From a virus (Duplodnaviria > Caudoviricetes), in IMG/VR virus record IMGVR_UViG_3300025036_000003, positions 1 to 41,402 of that record: a stretch of DNA of 41,402 bases; one strand, 5' to 3'. This document shows positions 9,434-18,316 of this stretch, piece after piece. The notes beneath the pieces were generated by a model. That model saw nothing but the letters and a program-made list of their open reading frames with translations, ran no database searches and was not told the origin of the DNA. Position 1 is the stretch's first letter. Each line of letters begins with the position of its first letter. Both the position numbers and the translations under genes were made by a program.

Positions 9434-10214
9434 ATGAATAATATGAAAACGGTAATTATAATGCAAGGTAATGTAGGCGTAGGTAAAAGTACATTGGCAA
9501 GAGCAATACAAAAAAAAGATTGGTTTAATATCTATATTAAGTAGAGATGGTATTAGACATATGATACATGGGGGAGAATATAAATTTGACCAAACAAAAG
9601 AATTTTATATTAAAAAATTATTTTTTGCTATATTAAAAGAATCATTAGATAGTTTTACTTCTGGTAATGATAGTATTATAATAGATGGAGTTAATAGCAG
9701 CAATGTATTTTTAACAGATATATGCACATTAGCTGATAATAATTATAAAAAAATATTAGTCATTTTTCCTGATTTAGATAAAGAAAAAACAATGAGAAGA
9801 TTATTTAATAGAAAAGGTTTTGAGAATATATCAATGGAAATATGGGAAAATGTATATGATGGTGTAAAGAGACAATTAGTAGTTAATAAATATGATGATG
9901 ATAGAAAAAATAAAATTTTTGATTGTATTATAAGATTAGAAGAATATTATAATATAGTAGATGTGGTAGCACAAATAGAAGATGCTATTAATAATAGTAT
10001 TCCATTTAATGAACGAATTTGTGATTTTTATGGTATAAATAAGAAGTATATAAACGACCGTTTTTTTGCTTCTAAGATAAAATTAGAGTTACATAATATA
10101 TATGAGTATGTATTGAGTGGTATGGAGGATTCAAGTTTTAATATAAGTGCTAAATTAAGTAATATAATAACTCTTTGTGAAAACTTTGATTATGATAAAG
10201 AGAAAGTTATATAA
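9434..10214 (+). pseudogene. P-loop kinase (AAA_33/polynucleotide kinase-like), frameshifted at an A8 run
   Basis: MKTVIIMQGNVGVGKSTLAR in one frame; ILSRDGIRHMIHGGEY...IIIDGVN in the +1 frame (ORF 9561..10214). Junction at A8, 9510-9517. Confidence 0.8.
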
Positions 10215-10226
10215 GGAGTAATAAAA

Positions 10227-10567
10227 ATGGGTACGAATTATTATTTGGAAGTGGGGGCTAAAAGTGTATTAGATTATAAAAAATATGAGCCACTATATAT
10301 GAAAAAGTTCTTATGGATGGGCATTTGCATTATATATAATGCCTGAAAAAGGTATTCGTTCTTTTAGTGTTTGGCAGAAGTTATGGAGAAACTTTTTGTA
10401 TTATTAAAAATGAGGATGAAGAGATAATATCAGTAGCTGAATTAGAGGAATGTATTATAGAAAGAGGAGATGATAAATGGTGTGTAAGTAGACACACTAT
10501 AGAAGATACATTTTGTGTTGGTCATGGGAAAAGCACATGGGATTATATATTAGGAGAATTTTCGTAG
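10227..10567 (+). pseudogene. Conserved phage protein (MGTNYY...GW.F...TWDY..GEFS type), two frameshifts
   Basis: AAGGAG RBS, then MGTNYYL; KSSYGWAFAL in a second frame; GHGKSTWDYILGEFS in a third (ORF 10367..10567). Confidence 0.65.
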
Positions 10568-10601
10568 TAATAATGAGGGGCAAAAATAATTATAAAAATA
10601 T

Positions 10602-10646
10602 AAAAATAATACTTAACAAATAACAATTAATATGGTATATTATATT
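10602..10646 (+). promoter_or_regulatory. Sigma70-type promoter with extended -10, copy 2
   Basis: AAAAATAATAC-TTAACA (10613), 17 nt, TGg-TATATT (10636). Confidence 0.65.
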
Positions 10647-10685
10647 ATTAATAGGAGGTACATAAAATAAGGTCAGTATAAAAAA

Positions 10686-10729
10686 GTAGACTATAGCAAT
10701 TGAATAAATAATAAATTGCTATAGTCTAC
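10686..10729. repeat. Perfect 16-bp inverted repeat, 12-nt loop
   Basis: gtagactatagcaatt / aattgctatagtctac in the leader downstream of the promoter. Confidence 0.85.
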
Positions 10730-10826
10730 AAATTTGGAGGAGGTGATTAAATATTAATTGTTAAGTGTTATTCAAAAAGAATTGTACGATGTATAGTAAA
10801 AAATCAAAAAAGGAAGGTATTAAAAA

Positions 10827-11822
10827 ATGAACATGGAAGAATTTTTAGAGGGGTTAGCTAATAGGAATAAGGATACCAGCATGATAGAAGTACCAATAGC
10901 AGGTATGCAATTTGCTATTGAGGGTAAGAATAAAAATCTTGTTTTAGTAGAGAATGGAGAGAGTATGTTGCTTTCAGAAGGTACTGAGAAAGATATATGT
11001 GGATTGATTGAAGTACCCTATGTGTTTGAGAATAAGTGTCCTGACGATTTAAGAGTTTCTGTTATGAACACGATGAAGAATCGTTGGTTATCCAGAATGG
11101 AAGGTGATGAGGTTCTTTATTGTGTGAGGAAGGATAATATATTTCTTTCAGTATCTAAAAAGAAAAGGGAGTATATAGACTCCTATAAACTTTTTACAGA
11201 TGGTATACTACCCGCTTTTGTGGCAGTAGATATTAAAGATATTGAATTAAATACTTTATCTTTGGGGGAAGAGATTTTTACTCAGTTAGTGCTTCCTGAT
11301 ATGGGTAAAGAGGTACGAGTAGGTGATGTAGTGAAAGGAGGACTGGAGGTTATTATTAATGATAGGTGGCATAGTGGGGATATAGTTACTGTAGGAGGAT
11401 ATTTTTATCGTCTAGTTTGTACTAATGGTGCTACTATTATGGAAAATGTAGGTAGTCGAATGGGTATAAGAGACGATTACAGTATACCTACTGTATACAA
11501 TTCAGCCCTTGTTAGTTTAGATAGAACTAAACATACGATAAATCATTTGTCTGAATTAGCTAATAGTAGAGTAGCAGACCCACAAAGACATATTCGCAAT
11601 ATTGTGTCGGAAATGGGTAGAAATAGTGAGCGTTTGGAAAAAGCCATTTATAATTCCTATTTAGTAGAGAATGATGCTACTGAATATGGTGTTTACAATG
11701 CTGTTACAAGAGCTGCCAATGGTAACATTAGTGTTGCAGCAAAGAGAGCCTTGCAAAGGGCAGGAGGTAGTTTATTTGCAAAAGAAGTAGAAAGATGTGA
11801 ATTATGTAAACATGTTTTATAA
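10827..11822 (+). CDS. DUF932-like phage protein
   Basis: GGYFYRLVCTNGA motif and TEYGVYNAVT near the C-terminus. Confidence 0.65.
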   Translation: MNMEEFLEGLANRNKDTSMIEVPIAGMQFAIEGKNKNLVLVENGESMLLSEGTEKDICGLIEVPYVFENKCPDDLRVSVMNTMKNRWLSRMEGDEVLYCVRKDNIFLSVSKKKREYIDSYKLFTDGILPAFVAVDIKDIELNTLSLGEEIFTQLVLPDMGKEVRVGDVVKGGLEVIINDRWHSGDIVTVGGYFYRLVCTNGATIMENVGSRMGIRDDYSIPTVYNSALVSLDRTKHTINHLSELANSRVADPQRHIRNIVSEMGRNSERLEKAIYNSYLVENDATEYGVYNAVTRAANGNISVAAKRALQRAGGSLFAKEVERCELCKHVL

Positions 11823-11856
11823 ATTATGTTTGTAGGAACAAATCTTATTTCTTATA

Positions 11857-11891
11857 GAGAGTGTATAATAAAAGAAATATTATACACTCTC
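11857..11891. terminator. Perfect 14-bp hairpin, 7-nt loop
   Basis: gagagtgtataata / tattatacactctc between genes; no U tract. Confidence 0.5.
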
Positions 11892-11948
11892 AAATGACTA
11901 AGCAAAAAATTGTTACTAAAATAAATTAAAATTTAGGGGGTATTAAAA

Positions 11949-12884
11949 ATGAACACAAGTAAAGCAGTTGAAAGAATGTTTGTCCAGTTGGTAAAGCTTG
12001 GTTTTTATACAGATATGAAGGAGGTAATTGATGCTTATACAATTAGTAATAGTAAGAGACGATTTATTATAGATAATAGAATAACTTTAGTACAATATGA
12101 GAAAAAGATTGCAAAGGCTTGGAAATGTACAAGTCAGAATGTACAGATTACAGAAAGAGTTTTGTGCAAAGATTGTGGTGATTATAATAGTGCTTGTGAA
12201 GGCTGTAGCCATAAAGAAGTTTTAGTGGATGGGGTTGATGTTTTGGACTGTTTTGGATTTATATTGGCATATGATAAGATTGAATGTGCCGCTTGTAAGG
12301 ATTTTGCTATGTGTGGAAAGGAAGTAGACATTCGAAGGGAAATAAAAATACCAGAGGAAGTAGTAGACACTCCATTAGCAGTAGAATTACCTACATTAGC
12401 AGTAGAATTACCTATAGTAGACACTTCATTATTAGATATTATTAATCAAGAGGAGCAAAAAGAGGTAACTGCATTGGATAATTTAATATTATTAGAACCT
12501 ACATCTGATAATACTTTACAGTATGCTCAAGAATTGGCTATAACTCCTGCTATCTGTACTGAACCATTAACTATATCAAAAAATCAAATAAGTGCAGTAC
12601 AATCAAAATTTGAAGGTCAAATAGTAGATAGTAATTTGAGTTTGATGCCTATACAAGAACCTACTATAGTTGAGCATAAGAAGACACAAAAATTAGGCAC
12701 AGCAAGAAAATTTATTATTAATGAATTAAAACAGAATTATTGGAATATAGATGAGTTGCAAAAAGTCGTTATTGCTAATTATAAAATGGCTGTTTGTTCA
12801 TTAGAAAGTGTTATTTATTGGGCAAATAGTTTTGGTATCCTGGAAAAGAGAGAGGATGGATATATTAAATTAAAATCTTTTTAA
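11949..12884 (+). CDS. Cys-rich (probable zinc-binding) protein with low-complexity linker
   Basis: CKDC..CEGC, CFG..CAAC..C; 21-bp duplication encoding LAVELP twice (~12373-12414). Confidence 0.7.
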   Translation: MNTSKAVERMFVQLVKLGFYTDMKEVIDAYTISNSKRRFIIDNRITLVQYEKKIAKAWKCTSQNVQITERVLCKDCGDYNSACEGCSHKEVLVDGVDVLDCFGFILAYDKIECAACKDFAMCGKEVDIRREIKIPEEVVDTPLAVELPTLAVELPIVDTSLLDIINQEEQKEVTALDNLILLEPTSDNTLQYAQELAITPAICTEPLTISKNQISAVQSKFEGQIVDSNLSLMPIQEPTIVEHKKTQKLGTARKFIINELKQNYWNIDELQKVVIANYKMAVCSLESVIYWANSFGILEKREDGYIKLKSF

Positions 12885-12894
12885 TAATTTTTTA

Positions 12895-12923
12895 TTGTAT
12901 TAAAATTGATACTAATATATAAT
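12895..12923 (+). promoter_or_regulatory. Sigma70 promoter of the modification cluster
   Basis: TTGTAT, 17 nt, TATAAT, directly upstream of GGAGG and ATG 12942. Confidence 0.7.
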
Positions 12924-12941
12924 ATTGATGGAGGTATCTAA

Positions 12942-13919
12942 ATGAATTTAGTTAAGGCAGAACTATTATTGACAAGAAAATGTAATCTTTGTTGTACAAA
13001 TTGTGGTATGCTTAGAGATAATAGAATGGAAATGAGTACTGATAAATGGTTGCTTGGATTAGATAATTTAAAAAGTTTAGGGTGTAATTTTATAGCTCTA
13101 TATGGAGGAGAGCCATTCTTGAGTAACTCATTAGAACAGATTTTAATACACAGTAAAAAATTAAATATGTTAAATACGGTAATTACTAATTTGACATATA
13201 AAAATGAATTGTTTCGTTTGATAGAGGAGGGAGTGTTAAATAGTATTACTCTAAGCATAGATACGTTGCAAAATGATAAAATGGATATTCGGGCAAAAAA
13301 CTCTGTTGATATATTCGATAAGTTATCTATTTATCTGAAAGAGGGAAAATTACGAGATGTGGGTATTTGTGCAACAGTGGGCAGACATAATTTTAAGGAA
13401 TTACCAGCTTTAATTGAGTTATATACTGAGAGAGGATTTTGGTCTTTATTTGATATTTTACATTATGATAGAGGACAAGGAGAATCTAAATGTGTTAATA
13501 AAGCGCTTTTAAAAAATAAAATTTTTAGAGAGGAAGATATGGAGGAGGTTCGGAAAGTTTTTGCTATTATTCTGAAAATGAAGCAATCAGGTAATTTTTT
13601 AATCCACCCATCGGCAAGAGTGATAAATATGTGGCAAAAACAAAATTATGTTGTTGATTATCAGTGGGTATGTACTGAACCATATTTTGTTACTGTAGAT
13701 TGTGATGGCAGTATGATGATGTGTGATGATTATACTACTGAGCAGCTAAAAGAATTTAAAGTATGGGAGTTGAAAAAAAGATGGGAGGACTTTAATAGAG
13801 TTTGGTTTTCTATAAGAAATATTTCTACTTGTCATTGTTTTTGGAATACCCATATAGATGCTGAAGAAATATATTTAGGAAAATTACCTTTTGAGGATTA
13901 TATCCATCAGAAACAATAA
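12942..13919 (+). CDS. Radical SAM protein with Twitch/SPASM-like C-terminus
   Basis: LTRKCNLCCTNC, YGGEP, LSID, WVC...VDCDGSMMMCD...CHCFW. Confidence 0.9.
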   Translation: MNLVKAELLLTRKCNLCCTNCGMLRDNRMEMSTDKWLLGLDNLKSLGCNFIALYGGEPFLSNSLEQILIHSKKLNMLNTVITNLTYKNELFRLIEEGVLNSITLSIDTLQNDKMDIRAKNSVDIFDKLSIYLKEGKLRDVGICATVGRHNFKELPALIELYTERGFWSLFDILHYDRGQGESKCVNKALLKNKIFREEDMEEVRKVFAIILKMKQSGNFLIHPSARVINMWQKQNYVVDYQWVCTEPYFVTVDCDGSMMMCDDYTTEQLKEFKVWELKKRWEDFNRVWFSIRNISTCHCFWNTHIDAEEIYLGKLPFEDYIHQKQ

Positions 13920-13949
13920 TTTTTAATTATATAGAAGAGAGGATTTTTT

Positions 13950-14885
13950 ATGAAAGATTTTATATTTGGAAGAGTTTTTTTAACTAGAGAATGCTCACTT
14001 AATTGTTATTATTGTAAAGTAGTTAAGGAGAAAAAGGATATCCTTCCTTTAGATAGTTGGAAAAATATTTTTAACACTTTAAGAGACCTAGTAATGAGTT
14101 TTAACATTCTTGGAGGAGACCCTGTTTTATATCCTGATTTTTTTAGATTAGTTAATTGGTTAAATGAAGAAGATATTAATTATACAGCAGCTTTGACAGG
14201 ATTATACATATCTGAAGAAGTAAAAAGACAGATGTTATTGACATCTTATAAGGGAGTATCAGTTAGTATAGATGGTACACAAGATAGTCATTATTTAGAT
14301 AAGTTTTCAAAAATAAAAAGTATTTATGGGTATGATTTTATAGGTAATGTTATAGCAAAAAATAAAATAGTTGGTATAACTGTAGGAAGGAATAATATAT
14401 TGGCTATAGTAGATTTAGTAAAACAATTTTCCGATAAGGGTTGGATGTCTTGTGTTAATCCCTGTCAATATAAGAAAAAAGAGTTTAGAATGTTTTCAGG
14501 AGGAAAAAAAGAGTTTACTGTAAAAGATTTTGATTTGTTAAATGAAGTTGGGAATAATTTGTTATCATTAAAAAAACAAGGTTACTTATTGACAGGAGTA
14601 GATTATATTTATCAAAATTGGTTTAATTTATTTATAAAACAGGATTGGAAATGTTTAGATACTCCATCTATTTTTATTGATAGTGATGGTAGTGTTGGTT
14701 GTTGTTGGGATTATAGAGGAAAACGGGTTAGTAAGTGGAGTATTTCAGAAATATTATGTAATATTAATCAGTTTAGACAAGATTACCAGTTAGATGTACA
14801 AGAAGGCTGCTCTGGTTGTAGTTGGGAGTCTCAAATAGTAGCTGACAGAATTAGATTAGGTTTAGAGGTTAATAATATTTTATGA
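13950..14885 (+). CDS. Radical SAM protein with Twitch/SPASM-like C-terminus (paralog)
   Basis: LTRECSLNCYYC, LGGDP, VSIDG, WKC...IDSDGSVGCCWD...CSGCSW. Confidence 0.9.
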   Translation: MKDFIFGRVFLTRECSLNCYYCKVVKEKKDILPLDSWKNIFNTLRDLVMSFNILGGDPVLYPDFFRLVNWLNEEDINYTAALTGLYISEEVKRQMLLTSYKGVSVSIDGTQDSHYLDKFSKIKSIYGYDFIGNVIAKNKIVGITVGRNNILAIVDLVKQFSDKGWMSCVNPCQYKKKEFRMFSGGKKEFTVKDFDLLNEVGNNLLSLKKQGYLLTGVDYIYQNWFNLFIKQDWKCLDTPSIFIDSDGSVGCCWDYRGKRVSKWSISEILCNINQFRQDYQLDVQEGCSGCSWESQIVADRIRLGLEVNNIL

Positions 14886-14904
14886 CATAAATAATGGAGG
14901 ATAT

Positions 14905-15243
14905 ATGATAATTTGTATAGATATAGATGGAGTTCTGGCAACAGGAAGCAGAGAGGATGTATATTCAGATGAGGCTGGTTGGGCATATGAAAAGTGTTCT
15001 TATGTAGATGGTAGTAGGGAGGAAATACAGAAATTAATTGATAAGGGAAATATAGTTAATTTGTATTCTGCAAGATGGGAAATAGATAGAGAAAAGACGG
15101 TTGCTTGGCTTGCTTATTATGATATACCGTATAATGAATTATTTTTAGACAAACCATATGCTGATATTTATATAGATGATAGAGTTGTTAGATATATGGG
15201 AAGTTGGCATAATTTATTAGAGGAGATTAATAATATATGGTAG
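14905..15243 (+). CDS. Minimal (capless) HAD-family phosphatase
   Basis: ICIDIDGVLA, YSAR, KPYADIYIDDR. Confidence 0.85.
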   Translation: MIICIDIDGVLATGSREDVYSDEAGWAYEKCSYVDGSREEIQKLIDKGNIVNLYSARWEIDREKTVAWLAYYDIPYNELFLDKPYADIYIDDRVVRYMGSWHNLLEEINNIW

Positions 15244-15923
15244 TATGTTTTTCTGGAGGATTAGATAGTTATATAGCATGGTTGTATTTAGGGAAACCTA
15301 AGGCTATATATTGTAATTTAAAAACAAAATATAGTAGTAAAGAATTATTGGTAGTAAAAGAATTAAGTAAACTATTAGATATGGAATTGATTATAGATGA
15401 TTCTTTGAATTTAGGGAAATACGAGCATGGAATAAATGCTTATATACCAAACAGAAATCTTTTAATTGGTGCTATAGCAAGTAATTACGATAATAATATT
15501 TGTATAGCTGGGGTTAAAGGAGATGCTGTAGAAGATAAAAGTGAAAAGTCTTTTGGTATTATGAGTGATTGTCTGACAAAAATTAGTAAAGGATTAAATA
15601 TAAAATTGTTTAGCCCTTTTTGGTCATTAAGTAAAGAACAGATAGTAAGTTGGTATATACAAAATAATTATCCTATAGAATTATTAAATACAGCTACTAT
15701 TAGTTGTTATAGTAATGAAATAGGGCAATGTGGTCAATGCCCTAGTTGTTTTAGAAAGGCAATAGCTTTAGAATATAATGATATTGAATTTGAATCTATT
15801 CGTAATATGTGGGAATGGAAAGGTATACAAGAATATATAAGTAAGATGAAACAGAATTTATATGATGAGGATAGAACTCGTGTTACCTTTGCTGTTTTAA
15901 GAAAGAAAGGCTTTAATATATAG
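15237..15923 (+). CDS. queC: 7-cyano-7-deazaguanine (preQ0) synthase
   Basis: PP-loop FSGGLDS, YIPNRN, SCY...CGQCPSCFRK zinc site. Confidence 0.9.
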   Translation: MVVCFSGGLDSYIAWLYLGKPKAIYCNLKTKYSSKELLVVKELSKLLDMELIIDDSLNLGKYEHGINAYIPNRNLLIGAIASNYDNNICIAGVKGDAVEDKSEKSFGIMSDCLTKISKGLNIKLFSPFWSLSKEQIVSWYIQNNYPIELLNTATISCYSNEIGQCGQCPSCFRKAIALEYNDIEFESIRNMWEWKGIQEYISKMKQNLYDEDRTRVTFAVLRKKGFNI

Positions 15924-15935
15924 ATAGTTGGAGGT

Positions 15936-17615
15936 ATGATGACTAATAAATATTATGATTTAGCAGTTAGTGAATTTAATAGACAAGAAAAAAGAAATTT
16001 TGGTTTAATTCCAGCTTCTGTAGGGTTTGATTATGGTTTGGATATATATAAAGGAAAAGAATTAAATTGGTGGAGAAAAGAAGGATTTTTCCAGTTCCCT
16101 GTAGGTTTGAAAACATCTTTTGATTATTTGAGTAAAAAAGATAGTGATTCTACTTTAATAAGAGAACAGTATTGTTTAGGAGATGATTTCTTTCTCATGC
16201 TTGATAGTGGTGGGTTTCAAATATATTCAATGGAAGTGGGTATAAGAAAACAGAGTGGTTCTAGTTATTCTTTACCTACATTAGTAGATTTTATGATTAA
16301 GCAAAAAGCAGATGTGGGGTTTACTTTAGATTTACCAATTACAATAGATGATAGGAAAAATTTTCAATTAATAAATGATAAAATTGAAAAAGTATATAGA
16401 AATAATATAATTTTTACAGAGATTGTGGATAAGTATAGACAAGAGAATTTTGAATGGGCAGATAAGTTTAGAGGTTATAATATATTACAAGGATTTGGAT
16501 ATAAAGAAATGCTTGCTTGGTATGATGGTGTGAATATGAAAGGATTTGAGGGTTGGGGAATAGGGCTTAGACATAAAGATTCTTTTAGCATAGCTAGTTC
16601 TTTAGCATTTTTATATGAGAAAGGTATACAAACTAATTGTCATGTTTTAGGAGTAGGGTCTTATAGAGCTATTGCATTATTGGTTTACATAGGTAGAAAA
16701 TATATTAGCAATTTGACTTTTGATTCTACTGTCTATGGCATGGGTAGACGATTTAAAAATTATACACTATTTAATGCTAATGGTATAACAGATTATCAGT
16801 ATGGTAGAGATTTTGATGGTATAAAAGGAGGGTTTTTACCTTGTCATTGTCCAGTATGTTCTTTAGTTAGAAATGTAGATGAAATGGCTAGAGAAGGTAC
16901 TGTATCAGGACAATTAATGATATTACATAATTTATATCAATATATAAGTGCATTTGGTTATTTTTTATGTTTATTAGATGAGAAAGGAGATGATATTTTT
17001 AGAAAAGAAATCGTTAAATTGTTTGGAACATCTGTAGAAATAGGAATAGATTTTTTTGAAGAGTGTATCAGATATGGGTATGAGCAGACATCAATAAAAT
17101 ATAATTCTTATTTTAGGGAGTTAGAAAGAGGTGAAGTAGTAGCAATTGTAAATGAAGAAAGTACTGTGCATTATATGCCTATAAATATAAGTAAGAAGGA
17201 TGATAATTTGTTGGGAGGTTTTTTTGGGCACAAACAAGAATTATCATTAAAAATAACACCATCTATTATGAAAGAAAAGATTATCTTTAGTAATAAAATA
17301 AATAAGATAATTCCTGCAGTTGATAATATAGTTAATTGTAAGGTAGAAGATGCTTATATAAATAATAGTGGTAGTAAAGATGTTATAGAAAACACATTAA
17401 GAAGTATAGAAGTAGCTATGCCTTCTAAAAAGATTATGAAAAGAATAAATTTGCCTACTAAATTGCCTGCAAATGTAAAATTTGAGAAAATAGTTGGTTT
17501 AGGGGGGCATAATTCTTTTACTACAGGAAGTTGTGTAGGAGAATATGAAAAGAATATATGTATAGAAAAATGTCCTTATTTTATGGATTGTAGTAATATA
17601 AAGAAGGATATATAA
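15936..17615 (+). CDS. Guanine transglycosylase (TGT/DpdA-like) with long C-terminal extension
   Basis: MLDSGGFQ, TLDLP, ILQG, GWGIG, HVLGVG, TFDST, zinc site CHCPVC...HN; lies between queC and folE. Confidence 0.88.
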   Translation: MMTNKYYDLAVSEFNRQEKRNFGLIPASVGFDYGLDIYKGKELNWWRKEGFFQFPVGLKTSFDYLSKKDSDSTLIREQYCLGDDFFLMLDSGGFQIYSMEVGIRKQSGSSYSLPTLVDFMIKQKADVGFTLDLPITIDDRKNFQLINDKIEKVYRNNIIFTEIVDKYRQENFEWADKFRGYNILQGFGYKEMLAWYDGVNMKGFEGWGIGLRHKDSFSIASSLAFLYEKGIQTNCHVLGVGSYRAIALLVYIGRKYISNLTFDSTVYGMGRRFKNYTLFNANGITDYQYGRDFDGIKGGFLPCHCPVCSLVRNVDEMAREGTVSGQLMILHNLYQYISAFGYFLCLLDEKGDDIFRKEIVKLFGTSVEIGIDFFEECIRYGYEQTSIKYNSYFRELERGEVVAIVNEESTVHYMPINISKKDDNLLGGFFGHKQELSLKITPSIMKEKIIFSNKINKIIPAVDNIVNCKVEDAYINNSGSKDVIENTLRSIEVAMPSKKIMKRINLPTKLPANVKFEKIVGLGGHNSFTTGSCVGEYEKNICIEKCPYFMDCSNIKKDI

Positions 17616-17643
17616 AATAGTTATTTATAGGAGGTGTTGTGTT

Positions 17644-18291
17644 ATGGCTTGTGATAATTGTGTATCAAAAAATGTTGAGGTAGAAAAGAATTGTAATGAA
17701 GAAGGTTTATTGACTTCTTATGGTTTGATATATAAAGGAGTTAATCTTATTTTACAAGGAATTGAAGGTGTAGATAGTGTAAAAAGAGAAGGTTTGAGAG
17801 GTACTCCTGATAGAGTAGCAAGAATGTATACACAAGAATTGTGTAGTGGATATAGTGTAGATGCAGAGAAATTATTATCTGTTACATTTTCAGAAGATTT
17901 TGTATATGATGAATTAATTGCAGCGTCTTTTCCATTTTATAGCTTATGCGAACATCATATGTTACCATTTTTTGGTACAGCTTATGTAGGATATTTACCA
18001 GATAAGAAAGTTACAGGATTGTCAAAGTTAGGTAGAGTAGTAGATGCTTTTGCAAAAAGATTACAGATTCAGGAGAGACTGTCTTCTCAGATAGCTTCAG
18101 CAATATATGAATATTTAAATCCTTTAGGTTGTGGTGTCATAATAGAAGCTCAGCATTTATGTGCTGAAATGAGAGGAGTAAATAAGGTGGGGGCTAAATA
18201 TATAACATCGTCTTTAAAAGGAAACTTTTTTGAGCCTTCTGTAAAACAGGAATTTATAAGTTTTGTAGATAGATTAAAAATGAGTAAATAA
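17644..18291 (+). CDS. folE: GTP cyclohydrolase I
   Basis: TPDRVARMY, SLCEHHMLPF, GLSKLGR, RLQIQERL, HLCAEMRG. Confidence 0.97.
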   Translation: MACDNCVSKNVEVEKNCNEEGLLTSYGLIYKGVNLILQGIEGVDSVKREGLRGTPDRVARMYTQELCSGYSVDAEKLLSVTFSEDFVYDELIAASFPFYSLCEHHMLPFFGTAYVGYLPDKKVTGLSKLGRVVDAFAKRLQIQERLSSQIASAIYEYLNPLGCGVIIEAQHLCAEMRGVNKVGAKYITSSLKGNFFEPSVKQEFISFVDRLKMSK

Positions 18292-18316
18292 TAAAAGTTA
18301 GTAGGGGGTAGTAGTA

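Noticed and set aside
9510-9518. Programmed -1 ribosomal frameshift at A_AAA_AAG
   Set aside because: Joining the two kinase halves needs a +1 shift, not -1.
12942-14885. Calling either radical SAM protein QueE or a RiPP maturase
   Set aside because: QueE signature residues are missing, and no precursor peptide or RRE domain is visible nearby.
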